Positions 29,161-38,476 of a stretch of DNA of 64,000 nucleotides are shown in pieces (within the stretch, counting starts at the first letter, position 1; each line of letters opens with the position of its first letter). Source of the DNA: Candidatus Aenigmatarchaeota archaeon (GTDB taxonomy: Archaea > Aenigmatarchaeota > Aenigmatarchaeia > PWEA01 > JACQIF01); NCBI GenBank assembly GCA_016432325.1, contig CP066684.1:329018-393017 (forward strand). The letters are read 5' to 3'. The notes beneath the pieces are model-generated. The model worked only from the letters and a program-made list of their open reading frames with translations, was not told where the DNA came from and did no database searches. Both the position numbers and the translations under genes were made by a program.

Positions 29161-30100
29161 CGATGCCCATGGAGACTCCAAGCAATATCGCATATGTCCT
29201 GAGAACCGATATCATAGGCGACGCCAGTCCCACCAGAGGGTCTTTCTGCAGGGAGTAGAGCGCGAGGGGGAGCGTCCCCAAAAGAAGGGCCAGAACGGCT
29301 GTCGCAAATGGAAAAGGACTCATTACGCGCAACGTCCATCCGATGAACAGAAGGGGGATGACGCCTGCCAAGGCTATCTCAAACAACAGGGAGGGCGGCT
29401 TGTAGGTGTCCTTCCCGAGGTTGCCCGGGTGTTTGGAATAGAGCGACGCTCCCCAGTATCCGCGACGGAACTTCTGGGAAAGATATTTGTGCAACGTCTG
29501 CGGATGCCTGTGCGCTACGCGCGCTCTCGGATTAAACGCGATCACGTATCCCTTCTTCGTCAGCCTGTACGAGAGTTCCGCGTCTTCGGCCTCCTTCTGC
29601 GCGGGGTCGAATCCGCCCATGTCCCGCAGCGCGGCGCGCCTTATCGCCGCGGAGTATGTGGCCAACGAATTGATGCCCTTCCTTTCGAAACGCCTGTAGC
29701 GAAGTTCTATCTCGTACTGGGCGTACCGCGACACCACCGTTCCCTTCGAGCCTGCGTATACTCCCTGAACGGCGTCCGCCCCCTTCTCCACTGGCCTCAG
29801 CATCTCCCTGAGCCAGCCGCGTTCAGGCACGCAGTCAGCATCCAGAAATACCACCGTGTCCCCGCGGGCGCGCGACCAACCTTCGTTTCTTGCGACGGCA
29901 ACGCCTTCCCGCTTCGTACGTTTGATGTGAACGACGCCGCGGCGCGCACGCACAATGCGTTCTGTATCGTCGTCAGAGGGATCCGTCACTACAATGACTT
30001 CGTAGCCTCTCCGCGGGTAGTCCTGCCTCAGGACCGCGTCAAGGCACTGGCCCAGCGTGCGGGCCGCATTGTATGCCGGAATTATGACAGAAGCTTCCAT
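29138..30100 (-). CDS. Glycosyltransferase family 2 with C-terminal TM segments
   Basis: VIIPAYNAAR...VIVVTDPSDD...DADC GT-A motifs. Confidence 0.8.
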   Translation of the reverse strand: MEASVIIPAYNAARTLGQCLDAVLRQDYPRRGYEVIVVTDPSDDDTERIVRARRGVVHIKRTKREGVAVARNEGWSRARGDTVVFLDADCVPERGWLREMLRPVEKGADAVQGVYAGSKGTVVSRYAQYEIELRYRRFERKGINSLATYSAAIRRAALRDMGGFDPAQKEAEDAELSYRLTKKGYVIAFNPRARVAHRHPQTLHKYLSQKFRRGYWGASLYSKHPGNLGKDTYKPPSLLFEIALAGVIPLLFIGWTLRVMSPFPFATAVLALLLGTLPLALYSLQKDPLVGLASPMISVLRTYAILLGVSMGIVKRLLRI

Positions 30101-30116
30101 ACACTAAGAGCGGAGG

Positions 30117-30170
30117 CAACGCTTTTAAGGCTTTGCATGGAGCGAAGCCTAAAACAACGCTTTTAAGGCT
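30117..30170. promoter_or_regulatory. Tandem duplicated promoter module CAACGCTTTTAAGGCT (two copies, 38-bp period) between divergent GT2 and WecB-like genes
   Basis: Exact 16-nt repeat at 30117-30132 and 30155-30170, each TATA ~20-28 nt from one of the divergent starts. Confidence 0.45.
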
Positions 30171-30190
30171 CTCGATGCCCAATCGCTGGT

Positions 30191-31276
30191 ATGATAGTGA
30201 TAACCTACGGCACCATAGGCGAGCTCGTCAAGCTGTCTTCCCTGATACGTCACTTGAAGGCGCACGGAACAGAATTCGTGACAGCCAACCTCAACCAGCA
30301 CGGCTTCTCAGGGACGCATGAGGCTCTCGGCCTGCCAAAGCCCGACTATCAGGTTGGGGTTTCCCTTCGCGAGCTCACGTCGTCGCGACTGAGACTCCTG
30401 CCCGGCCTTTTGAAATGGCGTTCGGAAGCGATGCGCCTGCTGGCGGCAGCAATGGGCATGCACGAACGGTCTGTGGTGGTCGTGCACGGCAATACCCTTT
30501 CGGCCACGACGGCGATGGACGCGTATAGAAAGAGAAGGCGCCTCAACGACCGTCTCGTTCACGTCGAGGCAGGCGTCCGCGCCATATATCCGCGAAAACC
30601 CGACATCAACAACTGGAGGCGCGCGGCTCTGGCAGACCGCATGTACCGCAAAGGCGACCGTCTGGCAGATCTTAATCTCGCCGTGATGAAGAGCAGCGTG
30701 AAGAACCTCCGCAAAGAGGGAATAGGAAACGTCGTTTACGCGCAGGACCCGATGGTTGAAATCGTCCGCGACGCCCTTGCCAGAAAGTCCACCATGCGCA
30801 TTCCGAAGGAAAGGTACGTTCTGGTCAACGTCACAAGAAGCGTGGACAGCAGGAAAAAGGCGCGTGAGATGCTGAGAGTCATGGAACGTTCGCGCTTCCG
30901 CTTCGTCTTCACATCGCGACCCAAGCTCATGGACAAGCTCAAGTCTTACGGTTTGTACGAGGCGTGGCACGCCCTGCCAAACCTTCATATGGCAGGTTCG
31001 GTGAGTTTTGCAGACATGATACACTTGCGCGCGCGGGCCGCGGCGTCGATGACGGACAGCAACTCGATGCAGGAGGAGTGCGCCGTTCTGCGCAACCCTT
31101 GTATCGTCACGAACGACTTCATCCAGTTCCCCGAACTGCTGAATAGCATGCACGTGACAGGCGTTGATACGGAAGCGATGCTGAACGCGTTGGAAAGCCC
31201 GCGCAAGAAATGGCCGAAGATAGGGGACGGCCGCGCGACAGCGCGCATGGCGCAGGCTATAGAGGGACTCGAATGA
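30191..31276 (+). CDS. UDP-N-acetylglucosamine 2-epimerase-like (WecB/Epimerase_2 family, non-hydrolysing)
   Basis: HGNTLSATTAMDAY...HVEAGVR motifs; 361 aa. Confidence 0.65.
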   Translation: MIVITYGTIGELVKLSSLIRHLKAHGTEFVTANLNQHGFSGTHEALGLPKPDYQVGVSLRELTSSRLRLLPGLLKWRSEAMRLLAAAMGMHERSVVVVHGNTLSATTAMDAYRKRRRLNDRLVHVEAGVRAIYPRKPDINNWRRAALADRMYRKGDRLADLNLAVMKSSVKNLRKEGIGNVVYAQDPMVEIVRDALARKSTMRIPKERYVLVNVTRSVDSRKKAREMLRVMERSRFRFVFTSRPKLMDKLKSYGLYEAWHALPNLHMAGSVSFADMIHLRARAAASMTDSNSMQEECAVLRNPCIVTNDFIQFPELLNSMHVTGVDTEAMLNALESPRKKWPKIGDGRATARMAQAIEGLE

Positions 31277-32364
31277 GAATAGTGATGACAGGCTACACGA
31301 CCCCGAACAGCGGCGTGACTGGAATGGGCCTCGGCATCAGCAAGTACACGTACAACGTGGCCCGCGAACTCGTCGGCATGGGCCACGACGTCACGCTCTA
31401 CGTTCGCGCCGATTACGAACCCAAGGAGGACTGGATTAAAACGGTCAAGACGCCGACCAAGGTGTGGCTCGCCTACCCAACGTTCCTCCAAAAAGCGGTC
31501 GCGCACGAACGCGCAGACGTCTTCCACGGAGACTACATCCACACAGGCATGGCACTCCTCAAGGCAAACAAGCACCCGCTTGTCGTGACGGTTCACGATG
31601 TGATACCTTTCATAGAACCGCATCCGCTGAAGGACGCTTTCTACGTCTGGTTGCACAAGAGACGCCACATGATTCTCCAGCGCGAGGCAGAGGCGCTTAT
31701 CGTGCAGACGGGTTACATGAAGAAAAAGACGGTCGAAACGACGCGCGCCGACCCATCGAAGGTATTCTACGCGTTCTCCGGCGTCGATCTGGACTACTAC
31801 TATCCTAAAACGATCGCAAAAAAGAAGGGCATAATAAAGATAGGATACCTGGGCGGAATAGACGGACGGAAGAATGCCGTTCTTCTGGTCCGCGCGTTCG
31901 CCCTGCTCTCGAAGAAGTATAAAAACATCGAGCTGCACATAGGAGGGTCAGGACGCACGCTCGATGCGCTGAAGGCGTTGGGCGTCGAGCGCGCCTATTT
32001 CCACGGCCGCATTCCGCAGGGCAAGGAGAACGATTTTTTGAACGCTCTCGATATTTTCGTCTTCCCGTCGCTGCAGGAAGGCTTCGGCCTGATGCAGATA
32101 GAAGCGATGGCCGCCGGCCTGCCTGTCGTGGGCACGACGGCCTGCACGTCCCCGGAACTAGTGGACGGCGCGGGCCTCATGGCCGAGCCGACGCCCGAGG
32201 ACGTCGCCGCAAAAGTCGAGACGCTCGTCAATGATGAGACACTGCGCAAGAGTCTGGGCCGAAAGGGCCGCGAGCGTGCGCGCCTGTTTTCGTGGAGGAA
32301 AATAGCGGAGGGGACGCTTGAAATCTACAAAACCGTCATTGAGCGCTACGCGTCTACCACTTGA
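31273..32364 (+). CDS. Glycosyltransferase family 4 (GT-B)
   Basis: FPSLQEGFGLMQIEAMAAGLPVV EX7E motif; ATGA overlap with upstream gene. Confidence 0.8.
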   Translation: MRIVMTGYTTPNSGVTGMGLGISKYTYNVARELVGMGHDVTLYVRADYEPKEDWIKTVKTPTKVWLAYPTFLQKAVAHERADVFHGDYIHTGMALLKANKHPLVVTVHDVIPFIEPHPLKDAFYVWLHKRRHMILQREAEALIVQTGYMKKKTVETTRADPSKVFYAFSGVDLDYYYPKTIAKKKGIIKIGYLGGIDGRKNAVLLVRAFALLSKKYKNIELHIGGSGRTLDALKALGVERAYFHGRIPQGKENDFLNALDIFVFPSLQEGFGLMQIEAMAAGLPVVGTTACTSPELVDGAGLMAEPTPEDVAAKVETLVNDETLRKSLGRKGRERARLFSWRKIAEGTLEIYKTVIERYASTT

Positions 32365-33223
32365 GCTCGTTCCTTTGTATCTTGCCCGTCAGGAATTCCC
32401 ACGTCGCTGTGAAATAGTTCTTGTCAAAGCGCACGATATAGTATCCTGTTATCACTATCATCATCGGGAACGAGCGGAGCCACATCAGTGGCGTCCAGTG
32501 CTTGAGCAGGAAGCGGTAACGGTTGCGGTGCGCACTCAACGAAAGACCGGCGCCCCACCGTTTCATCGAGCCGCCGTGCTTGTGGTACACGCGCGCTTCA
32601 GGGCAGTAGTACATCTTGTAACCGGCCTCTTTCAATCTCCACGTCAAATCCGCGTCCTCGTAGTAACCGGGGAAGAAACTCTCGTCGAAATATCCGAGCT
32701 TTTTCAGAACTTCCATGCGGAATATGACTCCTCCTCCTCCGACGTGCTCTATGTACTCGTGCTCGCCGTAAGCGTCCGCAGGCGCGCCTGCGCCGCGGCG
32801 GGCAATCATCGAGCCGTAGGTGAGCTGCGTCCCTATCATGTCAATCTTCGTGCCATCCCAGCTGAGAATTTTGCTCTGCACGACCGCCACGTCCTGGTGT
32901 TCGTCCAGTTCGCGCACAAGAATCTCCACGTAGTTCGGCATGAGTTTCATGTCGTCGTTCAGGGCGAGAACGTATGGCGTCTTGGCCGCGCGAAGGGCGG
33001 CGTTGATTCCACCCGCAAAGCCGAGGTTCTTGCCGTTCTCGATGAGTACGATCTTCTTTTGCCCGGCGAGCTTGCGCAGTTCTTCTGTGCTGCCGTCCGT
33101 TGAACCGTTGTCTGCGATAATGACATCGAAGTCCCTGTACGTCTGCGTTTCCAACGACTCCATGAGCACCTTGACGTTCTCGAAGCCGTTCCAGCAGACC
33201 AAAGCAACTGAAACCTTGTTCAT
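32354..33223 (-). CDS. Glycosyltransferase family 2
   Basis: VSVALVCWNG...VIIADNGSTDGS...LALNDD motifs; internal ATG 33223. Confidence 0.8.
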   Translation of the reverse strand: MNKVSVALVCWNGFENVKVLMESLETQTYRDFDVIIADNGSTDGSTEELRKLAGQKKIVLIENGKNLGFAGGINAALRAAKTPYVLALNDDMKLMPNYVEILVRELDEHQDVAVVQSKILSWDGTKIDMIGTQLTYGSMIARRGAGAPADAYGEHEYIEHVGGGGVIFRMEVLKKLGYFDESFFPGYYEDADLTWRLKEAGYKMYYCPEARVYHKHGGSMKRWGAGLSLSAHRNRYRFLLKHWTPLMWLRSFPMMIVITGYYIVRFDKNYFTATWEFLTGKIQRNELKW

Positions 33224-33230
33224 GGAATTG

Positions 33231-33881
33231 TCACTGCCGCACTTCTTCCTTTCTCTCGAGTAAATAATAGATCTCGTAAGCCAACATATTGGACCACAGA
33301 CGGGCAAAGCGCGCGGCGAAGGGCAGATGCCTCAACGGACCCCTCACGACGTAGTGAGTGCGCACGACGGAAAACTCGGGAGCGAAATTCTCCCTGACAA
33401 ATTTCTCTGCCAGAGGCACGTTGAACATGTAGTGGTGACCGAACTGGCTCACTCCTATCGTGGACCTGCCTGCGAGAATGAGGAGCCTTTGGAAGTAGAC
33501 GACCTCGTTGGGCAGGCCGACGACGATGTGGCGACGCGCGATTCTCTTGGACTCTTTTATGATGCGCTGCTGCGCGTCGAAGTTCAGGTGCTCGAGTATC
33601 TGGGACAGCACAACAACGTCGTAACTCCTGCCATCCGCAGGAAGCCTCTTCACTTCGTTGAGGTCGCAGTCGATGTCAGGCGTCGCGTTTCCGTCTCCGG
33701 CCCCCTCGGGTTCCCCGCGTTCGCCGGAGTAGACGCGCTTGTTGACGTTCACGTACGTCCGCGGTTTCAGTATGCGCTCCACTTCAGACTGGCCCCCTCC
33801 TATGTCAATGACGCTTTCCGGCTTCTCCTCCGGAAAGAAAGACGAAAATACGTCGCGGAAGACTTCCTCTCTCCATTTCAT
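33231..33881 (-). CDS. Class I SAM-dependent methyltransferase
   Basis: VIDIGGGQ and VVVLSQILEHL motifs. Confidence 0.55.
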   Translation of the reverse strand: MKWREEVFRDVFSSFFPEEKPESVIDIGGGQSEVERILKPRTYVNVNKRVYSGERGEPEGAGDGNATPDIDCDLNEVKRLPADGRSYDVVVLSQILEHLNFDAQQRIIKESKRIARRHIVVGLPNEVVYFQRLLILAGRSTIGVSQFGHHYMFNVPLAEKFVRENFAPEFSVVRTHYVVRGPLRHLPFAARFARLWSNMLAYEIYYLLERKEEVRQ

Positions 33882-33893
33882 ACAGACCTTTGG

Positions 33894-34577
33894 TCAGCCG
33901 AGATTATTTAAATGCAGACGGGGGCGAGCCTGCTCAGACACGTCCTTCACGCACACCATCTCAAAGGCGCGTTCCGGGCGGTTGCGCACGAACAGTTGCG
34001 TGACGTCAGATACGACAAGCCAGAAGAGCGACGGCCAGAAACGCAGGCGAGCGCACTCGCCACGCAAAGGTTTCCAACCGTTGAGGCCTATCACGCGATA
34101 GCCGCGCCTGCGCATCTCTGCAACGGTCCACCCGGATTTGTGCTCCTGCCAGGGGTTGCCCTCCTCAGGGCCCTGGGGCAGGAAGCCTACAGGCGTCTGT
34201 ATTATCACGCGCTTTTTTGCGAGCTTCTCCATCATCTCTATCAGGCGCACGCCGTCCCTCTTCTTCAGGTGCTCGACGACGGCCGAAGCGAGCACGCAGT
34301 CAAAGGACTTGGGCCCGAACTTCCTGCCTGCCGCGAGGATGTCCATCCTGTAATATTTCTTGTGGATGCGCTTGCGCCTGCTCTCTTCAATGCTCGGGCC
34401 GAAGGCGTCTATGCCGACGGTCTCCATTCTCCCCGAGAACCGTTTTATCGGCGAGTCGTCGCCGCATCCCACGTCAAGAAGGCTCTTGCAGTCCCCGACA
34501 GCCTTTTCAAGCTCGACCGGGTAATTTGGCAGTATCTTCACGTAAACCGCGTCGTACAGGCTCTTGAGCAAACCCAT
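33894..34577 (-). CDS. Class I SAM-dependent methyltransferase
   Basis: LLDVGCGDD...FDCVLASAVVEHL; ATG 34577 chosen (listed 34601 abuts TATA). Confidence 0.55.
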   Translation of the reverse strand: MGLLKSLYDAVYVKILPNYPVELEKAVGDCKSLLDVGCGDDSPIKRFSGRMETVGIDAFGPSIEESRRKRIHKKYYRMDILAAGRKFGPKSFDCVLASAVVEHLKKRDGVRLIEMMEKLAKKRVIIQTPVGFLPQGPEEGNPWQEHKSGWTVAEMRRRGYRVIGLNGWKPLRGECARLRFWPSLFWLVVSDVTQLFVRNRPERAFEMVCVKDVSEQARPRLHLNNLG

Positions 34578-34630
34578 AGCGTTCCGTTCGTGAAGTTCCA
34601 TTTAAATGCGTTGCGGGGCAACGTGGAATT

Positions 34631-35365
34631 ATGATGCTGATAACAGGCGCAAGCGGCAAGCTGGGGAAAGAACTGGTCAGGCTGTTTCCAGAAAGCCTGA
34701 CGCCGTCCCATTCGGAGTTGCCTATTGAAGACAAGGCCGCGGTGTCGAAATACATTGCTTCCCACAAACCCGACACAACAATACACCTGGTCGCCATGAC
34801 CAGCGTACCGGGCTGCGAGACCGACAAGGAGAAGGCGTGGAAGATAAACGTCGAAGGCACGCGAAACATGGTGGAAGCCCTGAGATTGCACTCTCCGGGA
34901 TGCCGTTTTGTACTGATGAGCACGCCGTGCGTATTCGACGGCGACGACGAATCTCCGAAAGACGAGTCGTGCGTACCCTCACCAGACAACTTCTACGGGT
35001 TGACCAAAACCGTTCAGGAGGCCGTCGTCTCCTCAAGCGGCCTGAAGCACCTGATTGTCCGCGCCAATTTCATCCCGTATGAGAAATATCCGCACGCAAG
35101 GGCGTTCATTGACAGAAAGTCGACGTATCTATTCGCCCACAATGTCGCGCGCGGCATACGCGACGTGATGGACGCGGGTCTCACAGGCATCGTGCACATA
35201 ACAGGCGACCGCGTGCTTTCGATGTACGAACTGGCGAAGATGTGCCCGGACTCCGCGGACGTAGAACCGACAACAATGGAAGAATATTACAAGACCAACA
35301 GCCACAGGCTCACGAAGTCGATGATAATAACAAGTGATAGATGGAATGCCTACAGGATAGGCTAG
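34631..35365 (+). CDS. NAD(P)-dependent sugar-nucleotide reductase (RmlD-like SDR, short form)
   Basis: MLITGASGKLG Rossmann start; shares palindromic TATA CATTTAAATG (34599-34608) with divergent MTase. Confidence 0.55.
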   Translation: MMLITGASGKLGKELVRLFPESLTPSHSELPIEDKAAVSKYIASHKPDTTIHLVAMTSVPGCETDKEKAWKINVEGTRNMVEALRLHSPGCRFVLMSTPCVFDGDDESPKDESCVPSPDNFYGLTKTVQEAVVSSSGLKHLIVRANFIPYEKYPHARAFIDRKSTYLFAHNVARGIRDVMDAGLTGIVHITGDRVLSMYELAKMCPDSADVEPTTMEEYYKTNSHRLTKSMIITSDRWNAYRIG

Positions 35366-35366
35366 C

Positions 35367-36275
35367 TCATATCTCGCTGGGCACGGTTTGCGAGCCGGGC
35401 AACCATTCTCCTATCAGTTCCTTTATCCGGGCCTGCGTCAGGCGGTCCGTGTTGTGGCTGCCGTATTCCCAGCGCTTGCCGCCCTGGTGCTTGGGCGTGA
35501 CTATGAAGTGCCCGTCCTCTTCCACGGTCTTCGGCATCTCGTCCTCGCTGACCAGGAGTTCGTGGAGCTTTTCTCCGGGACGCTCTCCTACGACGCGTAC
35601 GTCTGCAGAGAAGCAGGCCGCAAGGTCCCCGACAGTACAGGCCGGCGATTTCTTGACGAAGACGTGGCCGTTCGGTTCGCTCTTCATCGCCTTGTCTATG
35701 AGGCCAACCGCCTCTTCCAGCTTCATCAGGAAGCGTGTCATGTCCGGATTCGTGATTGTCAGAGGCTTGCCCTGCGCGACGAGCTTGTGGAACATCGGTA
35801 TGACGCTGCCGCGCGAGCCGATGACGTTTCCGTAGCGAACGCAATTGAAACCGGCGTTGATGAAGAGCTTTTCCTGCAGGGCCTTGGAAATGCCGTAAGT
35901 GTTCACGGGCTTGACGGCCTTGTCAGTGCTTACGCCAACGACCGGCACGCCGAACTCGTGGCACACGTCCAGCACGTTCTTCGCGCCGAGGACTTCGGTC
36001 TGTATGGCCTGCCACGGATTGGCTTCGCACACCTCTATGCGCTTCATCGCGGCCGCGTGTATGACGAATTCTGGTTTGTGGACACGGAACGCGGAGCGCA
36101 GGCTGTACTTGTCGCGGACGTCGCCTATCACGTACGAGAACTCCGGGTACTTGCTGTGCATCTGGGACTGCTTGAACTCGTCGCGGCTGAAGACTATCAT
36201 GTCCCACTTGCCCATGTACTGCTCGGCCAGCTGGTGACCGAGACTGCCGCTGCCCCCGGTGATGAGTACGCGCAT
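35367..36275 (-). CDS. UDP-N-acetylglucosamine 4,6-dehydratase (PseB/FlaA1/CapD family)
   Basis: MRVLITGGSGSLG...VSTDKAVKPVNTYGISK signature; ATG 36275 preferred over 36287. Confidence 0.75.
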   Translation of the reverse strand: MRVLITGGSGSLGHQLAEQYMGKWDMIVFSRDEFKQSQMHSKYPEFSYVIGDVRDKYSLRSAFRVHKPEFVIHAAAMKRIEVCEANPWQAIQTEVLGAKNVLDVCHEFGVPVVGVSTDKAVKPVNTYGISKALQEKLFINAGFNCVRYGNVIGSRGSVIPMFHKLVAQGKPLTITNPDMTRFLMKLEEAVGLIDKAMKSEPNGHVFVKKSPACTVGDLAACFSADVRVVGERPGEKLHELLVSEDEMPKTVEEDGHFIVTPKHQGGKRWEYGSHNTDRLTQARIKELIGEWLPGSQTVPSEI

Positions 36276-36392
36276 GTTACCAAACATGTCTCGAATGCAA
36301 GATTTAAATAGGGATATTGGTGCCTTGTGGCCCTTTCCCGGAGTGAAGACGCGGACGTCTTCTTTTATAAGCCTTTTCTACAAACCCTCTTC

Positions 36393-37499
36393 ATGAAGAT
36401 AACGTACGTCCTCGAATACTTCCCGCCGCACATAGGAGGCGTCGAAACGCTCTTCGACAACCTGACGCGCGGCGTGGCGCGCTACCACGACGTCGACGTC
36501 TTCACGATGGCCGTTCCTGGAGCGCCCGCTATCGAACGCACGGGTCGCCGCACAGTGCGTCGCGTGCACGCGCGCTCGCGCCATGCGTTCATAACAAAGT
36601 TCCCTGCGGCCGCGAAGCTCGTGCGCAACGCGGATATCATACATACCACGACGTTCGTCGCCGCTGGAACTGCGTGGTGGGCGAACCTCCTCGTCAAAAA
36701 GCCTCTCGTGCTTACCTTCCACGAATCGTGGGGCCGGCGCTTCTTCGAAGTGCAGCCTCCGCACAAGGCCGTTGTAAACTACGTGTTAGAATCGTTGATT
36801 AGGAAGCTATACAGGAACTCTGCAATCGTGACGCCGAGCGAATACTCGCGCAACACTCTCATCGGCCACGGTATCCCAGGGCGCAACATCCGTGTGATAT
36901 CACACGGAATAGACCACGGGATTTTCAACACGTCCGTACAACCTCTTGCGCGCTTCGATTTCCCCACGTATCTCTTCTTCGGTCGGGCCGGCATCTCGAA
37001 AGGACTGGAGTATCTTCTGGACGCCGTTCCGTTCGTTGTCAAGGCGGTGCCGAACGCGAAGCTGCTTCTCATGGTGAGCCGCGACAGGGACTACAGGCGC
37101 GTCGCCGGGAAGATACGCGCTCTGGTGTCTGCAGGAATGGCCATAGAGCTCGAGCCGCGCACGTCCGCGCAAGAGGTCGCGTCCGCGATACGCTCCGCGG
37201 ACGTGGTCTGCGTTCCCTCGATATCGGAAGGGTTTGGCTTCAGCGCCGTCGAAGCACAGGCGTGCGGCGTTCCTGTCGTTGCAAGCGATGCAGGAAGTTT
37301 GCCCGAGGTCGTGGAAGGCGGCGTGCTCGTAGAACCGCGCAATCCAAAGAAATTGGCACAGGGCATCGTGAGGCTTCTCAAAGACGAGTCTCTGCGCAAG
37401 CGGCTCGGCGAACGAGGCGCGCGTCACGTGAAGCGTTACACGTGGGAAGCCTGCGTGCGCGAGCATCTGAAACTCTATAAGGAGGTCGTGAAGGGATGA
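36393..37499 (+). CDS. Glycosyltransferase family 4 (GT-B)
   Basis: SISEGFGFSAVEAQACGVPVVASD motif; ATG 36393 with TATA at 36364-36371. Confidence 0.8.
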   Translation: MKITYVLEYFPPHIGGVETLFDNLTRGVARYHDVDVFTMAVPGAPAIERTGRRTVRRVHARSRHAFITKFPAAAKLVRNADIIHTTTFVAAGTAWWANLLVKKPLVLTFHESWGRRFFEVQPPHKAVVNYVLESLIRKLYRNSAIVTPSEYSRNTLIGHGIPGRNIRVISHGIDHGIFNTSVQPLARFDFPTYLFFGRAGISKGLEYLLDAVPFVVKAVPNAKLLLMVSRDRDYRRVAGKIRALVSAGMAIELEPRTSAQEVASAIRSADVVCVPSISEGFGFSAVEAQACGVPVVASDAGSLPEVVEGGVLVEPRNPKKLAQGIVRLLKDESLRKRLGERGARHVKRYTWEACVREHLKLYKEVVKG

Positions 37500-38476
37500 A
37501 CGAACGCAAAGTGTCCGTACTTATCGTAGGCAGAAACGAAGAGGCGAATCTTCCAAGGCTTTTCGATTCTCTAAAGAAGCTGACCTATCCGAAGAAGAAC
37601 TACGAAATCGTGTACATAGACGACGCATCTTCGGATAAGAGCGCCGCAATCGCAAAACGCTACGGCGCGCGCATCTTCCGCACGCGCGCGCGTCTGGGCC
37701 GCGGGGGCATCAGGAACTTCGCTCTGACAAAGGCTCGCTATCCTGTAATCGCATGGATAGACGCGGACTGCGAGGTCGTGGATGCAGACTGGATACAGGA
37801 TATGCTCGTGCACCTCCGCGGCCGCACTGTGGGCGTGTCAGGCCACCAGTTGCGACCGAAAGGCGGGCTGCCGCGCCTGATATCGTATCTTCCAGGCATG
37901 CTCATCGAGACCGAACGCGTCGGCACCGCGCAATGGGCCCCTACCACGAGCAGCGCGTTTCTCAGGAAGCCCCTGCAAGACATAGGAGGCTACAGGAACG
38001 ACCTCATCACCGCAGAAGACCTCGAAATATGCGCGCGGCTGCGCAAGCGCGGATACACCTTCGTCCACACGCCCCGCGCGCGCATTGTGCACCACTTCCG
38101 CGCCACGCTTCCCGGCTTCATCAAACAGCAGTACGAACGCGGGGTTTTCGGAGCCGCGCTGAAGAGGAACTCTGAACGCAAGACCCTGTTTGACGTCGCC
38201 TTTAACGCGAGTTATCTCATCGCGGCTCTGACAACTGTTCTTGGTTTCGCCTATCCGGTCCTTTTCATACCGTCGCTAGTCGCGCCCGCGCTGTTCTACA
38301 CCGGACTTGACGGAGTCGGCTTCTTCCCCAGAATCGTGTGGAGATACATGAAAGAGGAGAAGAGTCCTCTGGGAGCCGGCGCGCTTGTCGCGCTGAACTA
38401 CATAAAAAACGCCGCGCTCTTCGCCGGCGTGCTCGCATACCAGTTAACCCACGCCGGCCGTGGCGTTGGCAAGTGA
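37496..38476 (+). CDS. Glycosyltransferase family 2 with C-terminal TM segments
   Basis: VSVLIVGRNEE...IVYIDDASSD...DADC motifs; ATGA overlap. Confidence 0.8.
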   Translation: MNERKVSVLIVGRNEEANLPRLFDSLKKLTYPKKNYEIVYIDDASSDKSAAIAKRYGARIFRTRARLGRGGIRNFALTKARYPVIAWIDADCEVVDADWIQDMLVHLRGRTVGVSGHQLRPKGGLPRLISYLPGMLIETERVGTAQWAPTTSSAFLRKPLQDIGGYRNDLITAEDLEICARLRKRGYTFVHTPRARIVHHFRATLPGFIKQQYERGVFGAALKRNSERKTLFDVAFNASYLIAALTTVLGFAYPVLFIPSLVAPALFYTGLDGVGFFPRIVWRYMKEEKSPLGAGALVALNYIKNAALFAGVLAYQLTHAGRGVGK

